From a virus (Duplodnaviria > Caudoviricetes), in IMG/VR virus record IMGVR_UViG_3300022074_000054, positions 1 through 54,241 of that record: 54,241 nt of DNA; one strand, given 5' to 3'. Below the pieces are notes generated by a model. It made no database searches, was not told the origin of the DNA, and saw only the letters and a list, made by a program, of their open reading frames with translations. A program made the translations under genes and the position numbers. Each line of letters starts with the position of its first letter. The stretch's first letter is position 1. Below are positions 1 through 9,252 of this stretch, one piece after another.

Positions 1-126
1 TGCGGTAGCGCCACCTCCTCCGCCCATTCCGCAAGTAGCTCCTGCACCAACACCTGTAGCACCGCCGCCTGCTCCTGTAGCACCGCCGCCTGCTCCCGCA
101 CCGGCAGTGCCCCCTGTTATCCCACA
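1..126. repeat. Terminal direct repeat (copy 1), circular-assembly overlap
   Basis: Bases 1-126 are identical to 54113-54238; the repeat lies inside a continuous reading frame, so the unit genome is about 54,112 bp. Confidence 0.95.
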
Positions 127-1378
127 AATTTCACCAGAGGTTTTGGCGCAAATACAACAACAGTTTAATATTCCGGCTGCGCCACCTGCACCTCCTGTAG
201 CGCCGCCAGTAGAAGTTCCTCCACCGGTTATGCAACCTGCTCCGCAACCGGTAGCGCCGCCAGTCCTCCCGTCGTTGCCGCCTGAATTGCCTCCCGAAAT
301 AATAGTGAGGGAACCGCCTCCTAGGTTTGAGGGTATTGGTAGTTTGCCGGAAGCGCCTCCAGAAGCGGTTGTTCCGCCACCGGTTCAAGTGCCTCCTACG
401 GTAGTACAACCTGCGCCCGCGCCTGCGCCTGCGGCACCCCCTGTAATTGACCCTGAAATCATTGCACAAATCCGAGAAGATTTTGGAGAAGACTTTAGAG
501 GCGGTATGCCGACTGGTATTGGCGGATTTATTGAAACACCGCCGGTGGCGCTTGCGCCGGAACCTACTGTTGAACCAACGCCGGAACCTGCGGTACAAGC
601 CGAAGGAAGCATTCCGTTACCTGACGGTAATAGTTTTGATTTGAGCAGCCTTGATCTTTCCGGTATGAGAGATTTTGATTTGTCTGACGTGGGGGGCTTT
701 ACCCCTAATTTTGATGCCGGTTTAACCTTGGGTAATACGTTTTTGACAGAACCCGTAGAAACGCCCGCGGCAACCGTAAGTTCGACGCCAGACAATGTTC
801 CCGCTACGCCGGACACGCCGGTTCTTAGCCAAGACCAGTTGGATGCTATTAATCGGTTGAACATGGATGAGTTCGGCTTTCTTGGTTCAGGCGAAGGTAT
901 GGACTTTAGAGACACGGACTATATGTTTGATGGCGGTGGTAATGATGTCTACAACCCAACGGTAAATGACAACCCGGTCCCGGACAACGCTTATCCGTTT
1001 ATTCCCGGTGGCATTGACACTAGCGAAATGACTCCAGAGCAATTAACAGGTTTAAACAATTTCTACGAGCAGTATCCCAACGGCTTTGATTTTGCCGGGG
1101 GAATCGGCATCGGCAATATTAACATTCCCAATATACCTGCGGGAACCTATGTACCCCCGGTTGATCCGGTAGGTAATTTAGGTGTTGATGATACGGGTGA
1201 TAATACTGGTGAGGATGTACCACCAATTGATGTTACGCAGCCATATGTTGTACCGAATGTTCGGGCGGCGAGTAGTTTTGGTTTAACGGGCGCACAACAA
1301 ACAGTGCCTGTCGCGCCTAATCCTTTCCAACGACCAGAGACCCAAGGGGGAATTGGTTCACTCGCTGGCGGCGGTTAA
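2..1378 (+). CDS. 3' part of a ~617-aa Pro-rich/acidic protein spanning the circular junction (true start 53637)
   Basis: Frame is continuous with the ATG at 53637 through the terminal overlap; ends in GIGSLAGGG. Confidence 0.85.
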   Translation, partial: AVAPPPPPIPQVAPAPTPVAPPPAPVAPPPAPAPAVPPVIPQISPEVLAQIQQQFNIPAAPPAPPVAPPVEVPPPVMQPAPQPVAPPVLPSLPPELPPEIIVREPPPRFEGIGSLPEAPPEAVVPPPVQVPPTVVQPAPAPAPAAPPVIDPEIIAQIREDFGEDFRGGMPTGIGGFIETPPVALAPEPTVEPTPEPAVQAEGSIPLPDGNSFDLSSLDLSGMRDFDLSDVGGFTPNFDAGLTLGNTFLTEPVETPAATVSSTPDNVPATPDTPVLSQDQLDAINRLNMDEFGFLGSGEGMDFRDTDYMFDGGGNDVYNPTVNDNPVPDNAYPFIPGGIDTSEMTPEQLTGLNNFYEQYPNGFDFAGGIGIGNINIPNIPAGTYVPPVDPVGNLGVDDTGDNTGEDVPPIDVTQPYVVPNVRAASSFGLTGAQQTVPVAPNPFQRPETQGGIGSLAGGG

Positions 1379-1401
1379 TGTAACAAACGGGGGCAACCAA
1401 A

Positions 1402-1857
1402 TTGATAGCAGAATTAGCTGCGTTTAACGCTGGATTTAATGTTTTAAAACAATTTGTCGCAAACGGTCGTGACCTGTCCGATGCCATGGGCGCTATCGGG
1501 CAAATGGTTAGCGCAAAAGAAGACTTAAAAAACCGCGCCGACAAGAAAAAGAAAAGCGTCTTATCTGTTTTAGGCGGCAAAACAGAAAATGATTTTGAAG
1601 AGTTTATGGCTCTTGAAAAAATCAACGAAATTGAAAAAGAACTGACCAGTATGATGAAACTTTATGGTCGGCCCGGATTGCATGAGGATTGGATTCGCTA
1701 TCAAGTTGAAGCACGTAAAAAACGCCGAGAAGAGGAACAAGAAAGAAAAAGAAAAAAAGCTAAAAACATGGAGTATTTTGGTATTTTCATAGCAGTTTCC
1801 ATGTGCGTATCAGGTTTTATTTTATTGATGGTGTGGGTTAAATGGCTGGCTGGTTAA
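1402..1857 (+). CDS. Hypothetical protein with C-terminal transmembrane helix (lysis-cassette neighbour)
   Basis: 151-aa ORF, TTG start after a GGGGGC RBS-like tract; basic coil followed by hydrophobic FGIFIAVSMCVSGFILLMVWV. Confidence 0.7.
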   Translation: MIAELAAFNAGFNVLKQFVANGRDLSDAMGAIGQMVSAKEDLKNRADKKKKSVLSVLGGKTENDFEEFMALEKINEIEKELTSMMKLYGRPGLHEDWIRYQVEARKKRREEEQERKRKKAKNMEYFGIFIAVSMCVSGFILLMVWVKWLAG

Positions 1858-1888
1858 TACAAAGTAACCTTTTTTCTTTATTTAAAGC

Positions 1889-1905
1889 TATAATAAGTAT
1901 AAGAC
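1889..1905 (+). promoter_or_regulatory. Putative -10 (TATAAT) and operator-like box TATAAGAC upstream of holin
   Basis: TATAAT at 1889-1894 in an AT-rich gap; box at 1898-1905 resembles the genome-wide TATGCGAT motif. Confidence 0.45.
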
Positions 1906-1927
1906 TTAATGCGGGAAATCGCAGGAG

Positions 1928-2329
1928 GTGCCCATGTTACAATCGTTAATTGGTCCAGTCACAGGTCTTCTGGACAAGTTCATTCCCGATGCGGATGAAA
2001 AAGCTAAGTTGGCTCATGAGATAGCCACTATGGCAGAAAAGCAGGCCCATGAAGCAAACATGGGCCAGTTAGAAGTTAATAAAATGGAGGCGCAACACCG
2101 AAGCGTCTTTATTGCAGGCTGGCGGCCATTCCTTGGCTGGGGCCTTTCGTTTGCCATGATCTGGCATTTTGTTTTTGTACCCATGATTACTTTTGGCTTT
2201 GCTTACGCGGGGGTTGAACCACCCGAACTACCCGCGTTTGACATGGACAGCCTGATGACTGTACTTCTGGGTATGCTCGGATTGGGCGGTTTACGCACAT
2301 TCGAAAAAGCGAAAGGGCTTACCAAATGA
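1928..2329 (+). CDS. Holin of 3TMs (GTA-type holin family)
   Basis: GWRPFLGW and LLGMLGLGGLRTFEK motifs; GGAGG RBS; directly upstream of the endolysin. Confidence 0.85.
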   Translation: MPMLQSLIGPVTGLLDKFIPDADEKAKLAHEIATMAEKQAHEANMGQLEVNKMEAQHRSVFIAGWRPFLGWGLSFAMIWHFVFVPMITFGFAYAGVEPPELPAFDMDSLMTVLLGMLGLGGLRTFEKAKGLTK

Positions 2330-2778
2330 GTTTTAAATTATCTAACCGTAGCCAAGGCAATTTAGAGGGGGTAGATGTCGGTTTAATTGCGGTTGTCGAT
2401 TACGCCATTGCCGTCACAAAAATTGATTTTGGTGTGATCTGTGGTCTCCGTACTATGGAAGAACAAGAAGCACTTGTTGCAAAAGGCGCAAGTAAAACGA
2501 TGAAATCTAAACACCTCGACGGCCACGCCGTAGACCTCATGGCCTATATTGGTTCGCGTGGATCGTGGGAACTCAATGTCTATGACGAAATAGCGGACGC
2601 TATGAAAGAGGGTGCCGAAGCCGCTGGTATCGGAGTTCGCTGGGGTGCTGCATGGCACATACCGGACATTCGTGAGTGGGACGGTACTATGGAAGACGCC
2701 ATGAATTCTTATGTAGACCTTCGTCGTTCGCAAGGTAGGCGTCCATTTATTGATGCCCCACATTTTGAATTGTGTTAA
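2326..2778 (+). CDS. Endolysin, peptidase M15 family (L-Ala-D-Glu peptidase-like)
   Basis: GLRTxEEQ, SKHLDGHAVDL (SxH...D) and DAPHFEL Zn-ligand motifs. Confidence 0.88.
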   Translation: MSFKLSNRSQGNLEGVDVGLIAVVDYAIAVTKIDFGVICGLRTMEEQEALVAKGASKTMKSKHLDGHAVDLMAYIGSRGSWELNVYDEIADAMKEGAEAAGIGVRWGAAWHIPDIREWDGTMEDAMNSYVDLRRSQGRRPFIDAPHFELC

Positions 2779-2799
2779 GGGTATAGGACGTGCTAAGAT
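2770..2799 (+). promoter_or_regulatory. Putative sigma70 promoter for the head operon
   Basis: TTGTGT-N18-TAAGAT with extended TG; operator-like TATAGGAC at 2782-2789. Confidence 0.45.
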
Positions 2800-2835
2800 A
2801 ATATCTGACATTGTTCGATATTATGCGAGAAGTGA

Positions 2836-3033
2836 ATGGATGACATTTATATAGCCGAAGCGGTCTTTCGAATCTTGAGAGAAAGGCGTCAATCGGTGAC
2901 GGATTTAATGATCTATGGGAACGTTAAATCTATGGAGCAGTATCGTGAGCTTATGGGCAACCTAGAATGTCTTAATCACGTGGAACAGGAACTCAAGGGC
3001 CTGCTAGATAAACAGGAGCGATCTAATGACTAA
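2836..3033 (+). CDS. Small hypothetical protein
   Basis: 65-aa ORF overlapping the groES start. Confidence 0.75.
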   Translation: MDDIYIAEAVFRILRERRQSVTDLMIYGNVKSMEQYRELMGNLECLNHVEQELKGLLDKQERSND

Positions 3034-3529
3034 ATCAACAAAAATTGATTTGTCTGCGGCACCAAATGCAGCATTCAACATGCAAGCAAAAACGGGTCCG
3101 TCAGAACCAATCAAAAAAGACGATAAGCCAAACTTGGCTGATGCGTATGTAGAAAAACCACGTCTCAATCCAGAGGCAATTGGTAAATCCCTTCTTGACA
3201 GAATGCCGGAACCAACCGGCTGGCGAATCTTAGTTCTTCCTTATCAAGGTAAAGCAAAAACCGCAGGTGGTATTTTCTTGCCTACGGAAGTTCAAGAAAA
3301 AAGTCAGGTATCCACGCAGGTTGGATACGTTCTAAAAGTTGGCCCGTTAGCCTATGCGGACAAAGAAAAGTTCCCATCAGGCCCATGGTGTGAAGCAAAA
3401 CAATGGGTTTTGTTTGCACGTTACGCCGGGTCACGGTTCCAAATTGATGGCGGTGAGGTTCGTATTCTTAACGACGACGAAATCCTGTCTACCATTTTGG
3501 ACCCAGAAGATATTCACCAATTAACATAA
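3026..3529 (+). CDS. groES: Co-chaperonin GroES (Cpn10) with N-terminal extension
   Basis: PTGWRILV, KTAGGIFLP mobile loop, VLKVGP, ARYAG, RILNDDEIL motifs. Confidence 0.92.
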   Translation: MTKSTKIDLSAAPNAAFNMQAKTGPSEPIKKDDKPNLADAYVEKPRLNPEAIGKSLLDRMPEPTGWRILVLPYQGKAKTAGGIFLPTEVQEKSQVSTQVGYVLKVGPLAYADKEKFPSGPWCEAKQWVLFARYAGSRFQIDGGEVRILNDDEILSTILDPEDIHQLT

Positions 3530-3541
3530 GGAGAGATTGTG

Positions 3542-4405
3542 ATGGCAGAAGCCGAGAAAGAACAAGTCGAACTAGACTTGGAGGATGCTCAAGAAACCGA
3601 AGTAGAGGTTAATGAGGATCAACTAGAATCCAGAGAGACTGATAGTAGTGACGATCAGTTTCAAAAAGCCGAGACCGCAACGCAAAAGCGAATTGACCGG
3701 CTTACAAAAAAGATGCGCGAAGCCGAACGGCGAGAGCAAGAGGCTATAAAATACGCTCAAGGCGTACAAAACGAGTCTCAACAAATAAAACAGCGTATGC
3801 AAGCTTTGGACACTAATTACGTGTCTGAATATACCAATCGCGTAACTACTCAAATGGAGCAAGCAGAAGCTGCGCTTGCGAGAGCCATTGAGATTGGTGA
3901 TAGCGCCGCTACAGTAGCCGCGCAACGAAATTTAACAGCTTTAGCTATTCAAGCTGACCGCGCAGCACAAGCAAAAGCGCAATCCGCCCGTGCGCAACAA
4001 CAAGCACAAGCGGCGGCACAACAACAAGTACGTCAACCAATGCCTGCCCAGCAGCCTAAGAGACCTGACCCTAAAGCGGAACAGTGGGCTCTTAAAAACA
4101 GTTGGTTTGGGTCCGACGAAGCCATGACTTATGCAGCCTTTGGTATTCATAAGAAACTGGTGGAGGAGGAAGGATTTGACCCGCAGAGCGATGACTACTA
4201 TACTGAATTAGACAACCGTATTGCTTCTAAGTTTAATACGGGTGCTACGGCTTCTAACAGACGACCCGCTCAGACGGTTGTAGGAGCCCAAAGAAGTACA
4301 TCTGGGCGCAGTGGGAAAAAGGTTAGACTCACCCCTAGCCAAGTCGCGATAGCGAAGAAATTGGGTGTGCCGCTTGAAGAATATGCGAAATACGTGAAGG
4401 AGTAA
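3542..4405 (+). CDS. Putative capsid scaffolding protein
   Basis: Acidic N-terminus, long coiled coil, C-terminal LTPSQVAIAKKLGVPLEEYAK; upstream of the MCP. Confidence 0.65.
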   Translation: MAEAEKEQVELDLEDAQETEVEVNEDQLESRETDSSDDQFQKAETATQKRIDRLTKKMREAERREQEAIKYAQGVQNESQQIKQRMQALDTNYVSEYTNRVTTQMEQAEAALARAIEIGDSAATVAAQRNLTALAIQADRAAQAKAQSARAQQQAQAAAQQQVRQPMPAQQPKRPDPKAEQWALKNSWFGSDEAMTYAAFGIHKKLVEEEGFDPQSDDYYTELDNRIASKFNTGATASNRRPAQTVVGAQRSTSGRSGKKVRLTPSQVAIAKKLGVPLEEYAKYVKE

Positions 4406-4410
4406 AAATT

Positions 4411-4896
4411 ATGACAGAACAAGATAAAGAGATGGGTTCCGCCATAAAGAGAACTTCTCGCGCCAACGAAACTAGGGAGAAGCAGGCAATTCGTAAGCCT
4501 TGGGCTCCCCCGTCAATGCTAGAAGCACCACCTGCCCCTGATGGGTTTAAGCATCGCTGGATTCGCGCAGAAACGCGTGGATTTGATGATACAAAAAACA
4601 TCAGTGCCAAAATGCGTGAAGGTTGGGAATTGGTCCGTAAGGACGAGTATCCTGATTTTGAATCGCCAGTTGTGGAATCAGGTAAATATCAAGGTGTCTT
4701 TGGAGTCGGCGGATTGCTTCTTGCCAGAATACCGTTAGAAACTGTTGAAGAGAGGACTGACTACTTTAATAAGCGTAGTCGGGACCAAATGGAAGCAGTT
4801 GACCACGATATGATGCGTGAGAATGCACACTCAACTATGAGGATCAGCAATGCTGATCGTCAATCTCGTGTAACCTTCGGTGGCCCAAAAAAGTAG
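4411..4896 (+). CDS. Conserved head-module hypothetical protein
   Basis: 161-aa ORF with AAGGAG RBS; WAPPSML, RWIR, EGWELV pattern. Confidence 0.75.
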   Translation: MTEQDKEMGSAIKRTSRANETREKQAIRKPWAPPSMLEAPPAPDGFKHRWIRAETRGFDDTKNISAKMREGWELVRKDEYPDFESPVVESGKYQGVFGVGGLLLARIPLETVEERTDYFNKRSRDQMEAVDHDMMRENAHSTMRISNADRQSRVTFGGPKK

Positions 4897-4922
4897 GGCT
4901 GCCCTAATTAGGAGAAACTAAA

Positions 4923-5573
4923 ATGGCAAATCAAAATACTGCCTATGGTCTTCGTCCTATCGGGCTTAATGGCTCTGCGACCAATTCTACTGGGGTAACT
5001 CAGTACGAAATCGCATCCAATAACACCAATGCTATTTATCAATACGCTATCTGTGTGCCTTTGGCCGCAGGCGTTATTGACCAAGCGGGTGCTACCAATG
5101 GTGGTACTACGCAAGCATTGGGTGTCCTGATGGGGGTGGAGTACGTCGATTCGGTTTCCAAGAAACCGGTTTTCATTAACTACTGGCCCGGATCAAACTC
5201 TGTGAGCGTTGACACAAATCACCCTGTGAAAGCGTTTGTAGCTGACAATCCAAACCAACTGTTTAAAGTAGCGTCTGACGCCACTTTGACTGACCGAGCA
5301 ACTGCTCAAGCCGCAGTCTTCGCGAATGCGTCACTTGGCACATCTGCTAGGTCAGGTTCTACCGACAACGGTAGTTCAACATCCGCCTTGGGCGTTTCAA
5401 CAATCAACACTACGGCGACGCTACCGCTTCGTATCGTAGGAATTATGGATGACGCAGCAAACAGTGATTACACTGCTGCTGGTATTCCATTGATTGTGCG
5501 ATTAAACGCTCATTTCAACGCACCAACCAGCCGTTTCGATTCGCAGACAACTGCGACTTCGACGGGCATTTAA
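4923..5573 (+). CDS. Putative capsid decoration/minor head protein
   Basis: 216-aa Ala/Thr/Ser-rich ORF with strong RBS immediately before the MCP. Confidence 0.6.
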   Translation: MANQNTAYGLRPIGLNGSATNSTGVTQYEIASNNTNAIYQYAICVPLAAGVIDQAGATNGGTTQALGVLMGVEYVDSVSKKPVFINYWPGSNSVSVDTNHPVKAFVADNPNQLFKVASDATLTDRATAQAAVFANASLGTSARSGSTDNGSSTSALGVSTINTTATLPLRIVGIMDDAANSDYTAAGIPLIVRLNAHFNAPTSRFDSQTTATSTGI

Positions 5574-5587
5574 GGAGGGTTTAACTA

Positions 5588-6496
5588 ATGGCTATTTCAA
5601 GAAGTCAACTAGCGAAAGAGCTAGAACCCGGCCTTAACGCTTTGTTCGGGCTGGAATACAACCGTTATGAGAACGAGCATGGAGAAATCTTTGAAGAGGA
5701 GTCTTCGGACAGAGCCTTTGAAGAGGAAGTTATGCTCGGTGGTTTTTCTACGGCACCCGTAAAAGGTGAAGGCACTGCCATCAGCTTTGACGATGCACAA
5801 GAAACATACACTGCTCGTTACACACACGAAACCATTGCGCTGGCATTCTCAATCACTGAGGAAGCAATTGAAGACAATCTGTATGATCGTCTTGCATCGC
5901 GCTACACCAAGGCATTGGCTCGTTCAATGGCTCAAACCAAGCAGATCAAAGCTGCCGCTATCCTGAACAATGCGTTCACAGCGGGTGCTTCTGCAATTGG
6001 TGACGGTGCAGCACTGTGTTCAAACGCGCACCCAAGCTTGTCTGGTAACCAGAGCAACCTTCTCGCCACAGCGGCTGACCTCAACGAAACTTCGCTTGAG
6101 CAGATGCTGATTGAGATTGCTGGTCTTACTGATGAGCGTGGTCTGAAAATCGCTGTACGCGGCATGAAGCTTATTATTCCTAAAGAGCTTCAGTTCATCG
6201 CAGAACGAGTTTTGAACTCAAACCTGCGTTCGGGCACTGCTGACAACGACAACAACGCCATGAAGAATATGGGTATGATTCCGGATGGAGCGGTGGTTAA
6301 CCACTTCCTGACTGACTCAGACGCATACTTCATCAAGACTGATGCGCCTAACGGCTTCAAATTCTTCAACCGTTCGCCAATTAAAACGGCAATGGAAGGT
6401 GACTTTGACACCGGCAACATGCGCTTCAAGGCTAGAGAACGTTACTCTTTCGGAGTATCGGACTGGCGTTCAGTTTTCGGTACACCCGGAGCGTAA
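5588..6496 (+). CDS. Major capsid protein (Mu gpT-like HK97 fold)
   Basis: MAISRSQLAKELEPGLNALFG N-terminus and KARERYSFG C-terminus; TAAGGAGG RBS; followed by a terminator. Confidence 0.9.
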   Translation: MAISRSQLAKELEPGLNALFGLEYNRYENEHGEIFEEESSDRAFEEEVMLGGFSTAPVKGEGTAISFDDAQETYTARYTHETIALAFSITEEAIEDNLYDRLASRYTKALARSMAQTKQIKAAAILNNAFTAGASAIGDGAALCSNAHPSLSGNQSNLLATAADLNETSLEQMLIEIAGLTDERGLKIAVRGMKLIIPKELQFIAERVLNSNLRSGTADNDNNAMKNMGMIPDGAVVNHFLTDSDAYFIKTDAPNGFKFFNRSPIKTAMEGDFDTGNMRFKARERYSFGVSDWRSVFGTPGA

Positions 6497-6549
6497 ACCG
6501 TGCTATAAAGGGGTTGCCAGTTTCATACTGATTCCTCCCTTTAGACTTG

Positions 6550-6584
6550 GAAGGGGTAACGAAAGTTGCCCCTTTCTTTTTTTT
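6550..6584 (+). terminator. Intrinsic terminator after the MCP
   Basis: AAGGGGTAAC-GAAA-GTTGCCCCTT stem-loop followed by a T tract. Confidence 0.85.
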
Positions 6585-6659
6585 CGGTAATAATGTATCC
6601 TGTCAATATCCCTGACAGCCGTATGGTACGGCTGACATAACCCACGACAGGAGATACAT

Positions 6660-7121
6660 ATGGGTACTACAACTTTTTCCGGCCCTATTAAAGCTGGAAC
6701 CATCAAAGCAACCACGGGTACTTCCCTCGGTACAAACATCAAAAACACTGGTCAAGTCGTAATGGCGCAGACTTTTGCCGTCGATCTTTCTGGCGGTGCG
6801 GTAGCGGCTCAAGTTACGAATGTTGTTATTCCAGCAAACTCACAAATTATTGATTGTGTGATTGATGTAATCACCGCAGCAAACGCCTCTACCAACTTGA
6901 GTGTTGGTGATACGGTAGGCGGTGCAGCCACCATTCTAAACACTTTTGCAAGCGGAACCACCGCGGGTCGTAAGTATCCGACTACGGAAGCTGGCGGCAC
7001 CTTAGCGTGGGAAGACACAGGAACTGCGGACATTCGTTTGACCGTTACGGCTTCTGCGGCAACAAATGCTGGAGAAGTACGTTTTACTATCTTGTACCAG
7101 CAAAACAACAACCTCGCGTAA
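6660..7121 (+). CDS. Putative virion structural protein
   Basis: 153-aa Thr/Ala-rich beta-type protein, MGTTTFSGPIK start, follows the MCP. Confidence 0.65.
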   Translation: MGTTTFSGPIKAGTIKATTGTSLGTNIKNTGQVVMAQTFAVDLSGGAVAAQVTNVVIPANSQIIDCVIDVITAANASTNLSVGDTVGGAATILNTFASGTTAGRKYPTTEAGGTLAWEDTGTADIRLTVTASAATNAGEVRFTILYQQNNNLA

Positions 7122-7133
7122 TAGGAGGTAAAC

Positions 7134-7406
7134 ATGGCTGGTTCTGATGTAAGAGCGATTCGTTTGACTGCCACCGGCTCTGCCGGTGTTGGTCCCGCAC
7201 GTATTCGACAGGTTCAAATCAAGACAACTACGGGATCACCGCGACTTACTATTACAGATGGTAATGGTGGATCGACCGTGCTTGACATGGACTTAGATGC
7301 TTCTGATACACACTCTGTAAACATTCCTGATGAGGGGATTAGGGTGTCAGACATCTATATTTCGTTGTTTACTGCGTGTACTTCTGTAACGGTGTTTCAT
7401 AGCTAA
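7134..7406 (+). CDS. Hypothetical (probable virion) protein
   Basis: 90-aa ORF with AGGAGGT RBS. Confidence 0.7.
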   Translation: MAGSDVRAIRLTATGSAGVGPARIRQVQIKTTTGSPRLTITDGNGGSTVLDMDLDASDTHSVNIPDEGIRVSDIYISLFTACTSVTVFHS

Positions 7407-7415
7407 GGTTTTATT

Positions 7416-7700
7416 ATGGCTACGACAAAAGATGCGACTCGTTTACCGTCCGGAAGGATCAAGTATAGAGGAGAAACTTTTTCGGGCTACAACAAACCGA
7501 AACGGACACCGGGTAAAACGAAAAAAAGCGCGGTTCTTGCCAAAAAAGGCAATGAAATCAAGCTGGTAAGATTTGGAGACCCTAAAATGTCTATTAAAAA
7601 AGACCAGCCGGGTAGACGTAAAAACTTCCGTGCCCGCCACAATTGTGATACGGCAAAAGACAAGTTCAGCGCCAGATATTGGTCCTGTAAGGCGTGGTGA
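7416..7700 (+). CDS. Small basic hypothetical protein
   Basis: Lys/Arg-rich; VRFGD, FRARHNC, ARYWSCKAW motifs. Confidence 0.75.
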   Translation: MATTKDATRLPSGRIKYRGETFSGYNKPKRTPGKTKKSAVLAKKGNEIKLVRFGDPKMSIKKDQPGRRKNFRARHNCDTAKDKFSARYWSCKAW

Positions 7701-7707
7701 GGGTGCA

Positions 7708-7890
7708 ATGAAGGTGGAAGAAGTTTTAGCCAAGTTAGAAAAACACGAGGCCGAATGTAATCTCCGATACCAAAGGATAGAAGAACGTCTGGACGATCAT
7801 AAAAGCAGCCTAAAAGCGTTGGATGTAAAGTTATGGGCGCTTGCGGTGTTGATTTTAATTGCGCCGTTTGTGCAGAAATTTCTGGGGTGA
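7708..7890 (+). CDS. Small coiled-coil protein with C-terminal TM helix
   Basis: Start re-assigned to ATG 7708 (MKVEEVLAKLEKHEAEC) after GAGGG; hydrophobic LWALAVLILIAPF. Confidence 0.65.
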   Translation: MKVEEVLAKLEKHEAECNLRYQRIEERLDDHKSSLKALDVKLWALAVLILIAPFVQKFLG

Positions 7891-7894
7891 ACGT

Positions 7895-8137
7895 ATGGGA
7901 TCAGTGGTTAGAACCGGACCTAAAAAAACAAAATGCCCTGACGTTACTTACATGCGCAAGGGCGGTAAGGTTTCAAAAAAATCAAAAGGGAGTAAGATTT
8001 GCCCCGAAGGTAAAGCGTGGGCAAAAAGAACTTTTGACACATACCCCTCTGCTTACGCCAATCTTGCTGCTTCTAAGTATTGCAAAGACCCTAATTATGC
8101 CAAAAAGTCAAAAGGTGGCAAAAGGAAGGGTAAGTAA
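7895..8137 (+). CDS. Small basic hypothetical protein
   Basis: ATG at 7895; YPSAYAN motif, Lys-rich. Confidence 0.7.
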   Translation: MGSVVRTGPKKTKCPDVTYMRKGGKVSKKSKGSKICPEGKAWAKRTFDTYPSAYANLAASKYCKDPNYAKKSKGGKRKGK

Positions 8138-8517
8138 TGGGAAAGCTACAGGATTGGGTTGATGAAGATTGGGTCAGAATTGATAGCCAAGGTAACATCG
8201 CAGGCAAATGCGGCACTTCTAAAAATAAAAAGAACCCTGACCGATGCCTTCCACGATCTAAAGCACAGAGTCTCAGTAAGTCTGAAAGAGCTTCGACTGC
8301 TCGTAGAAAAAAGCGTGAAGGCTCTAAAGGAAAGCAAGTTGTTTCGAACACTAAAGCGGCCAAAGTAAAAAAGATGGCCACGGGCGGCGTTGTAGAAACC
8401 AAGCCCAAAAGACCCTTTCGGGGTAAAACTAAACCCGGAAGCGCCATAGCCAGAGGCTGCGGTATGGTCATGAACAACAGGCGAAAGCGCACGAAAGGCT
8501 CGGTGACACAATCATGA
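8137..8517 (+). CDS. Basic hypothetical protein (DUF5872-like)
   Basis: LQDWVDEDW and CLPRSKAQSLS motifs; TAATG coupling to the previous gene. Confidence 0.7.
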   Translation: MGKLQDWVDEDWVRIDSQGNIAGKCGTSKNKKNPDRCLPRSKAQSLSKSERASTARRKKREGSKGKQVVSNTKAAKVKKMATGGVVETKPKRPFRGKTKPGSAIARGCGMVMNNRRKRTKGSVTQS

Positions 8518-9098
8518 ACTTAGCTTTCTATGACCAGCCTACAGAAAAAGCCATTGTAAAAGAGATTATGCAATGGTCTGAAACTGCGTTAGAACAGCCC
8601 AGTCCTTACTTTAATAATTTACCGCCTTGTCCGTATGCGCGAAAAGCCTTTATGGACGAGAAGGTCGCTATTCTTTTTAAATACGACGATTCGTATCAAG
8701 CCTTATATTCTTGCATATCGCAATTTGACGACAATTTTGATTTAGCCATCATAATTGACCTGTGCAACAATAAAATCCCAGAAGATTTCCACGAATACTT
8801 TGAGTCGATCAACGAAGCTATAGCTAATGGCATGTTTATTGACAAAGATGTTTGGGTCATGGGGTTTCATTCGGATGACGAACCCAGTGATTTTGTACAA
8901 GATATTGAGTTTGACTACGAAGAAGAGACCGAATACTGCATGATATTCGTACAGCGTTTGTCGAAGCTACAAGAAGCAGCAGACAAGTTGGACAAAAAAG
9001 GATATTATGATAGTTATGATGGTGAGTACAATGTGTCTTACATTTACAAACAACGTGAGCAACTTTACAGGAGACTGAAAAATGGCGATGAAACCTAA
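8514..9098 (+). CDS. Acidic hypothetical protein (DUF1415-like N-terminus)
   Basis: PCPYARKA and GFH motifs. Confidence 0.6.
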   Translation: MNLAFYDQPTEKAIVKEIMQWSETALEQPSPYFNNLPPCPYARKAFMDEKVAILFKYDDSYQALYSCISQFDDNFDLAIIIDLCNNKIPEDFHEYFESINEAIANGMFIDKDVWVMGFHSDDEPSDFVQDIEFDYEEETEYCMIFVQRLSKLQEAADKLDKKGYYDSYDGEYNVSYIYKQREQLYRRLKNGDET

Positions 9099-9252
9099 AA
9101 AAATGCGTGGCGCTGGTGGTGTCAAAAAAATGGAGGGTGGTGGTAGAGCCGGTATGGCAATGAAGCCACAGCGGATGAAAAAAGGCGGCACCGATTTGGC
9201 TACGATACGAAAGATGGCTAAAGACAAGGGTTACAAACTGGTTAAGGCGTAA
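9082..9252 (+). CDS. 56-aa Met/Lys/Gly-rich peptide (not in ORF track)
   Basis: GGAG RBS at ~9070; MAMKPKKMRGAGGVKKMEGGGRAGMAMKPQRMKKGGTDLATIRKMAKDKGYKLVKA; TAATG coupling to the next gene. Confidence 0.7.
   Translation: MAMKPKKMRGAGGVKKMEGGGRAGMAMKPQRMKKGGTDLATIRKMAKDKGYKLVKA

Noticed and set aside
1-126. Terminal repeat as a biological direct terminal repeat
   Set aside because: It falls inside a coding frame and its length is close to a typical assembler k-mer overlap, so it indicates circular assembly rather than physical ends
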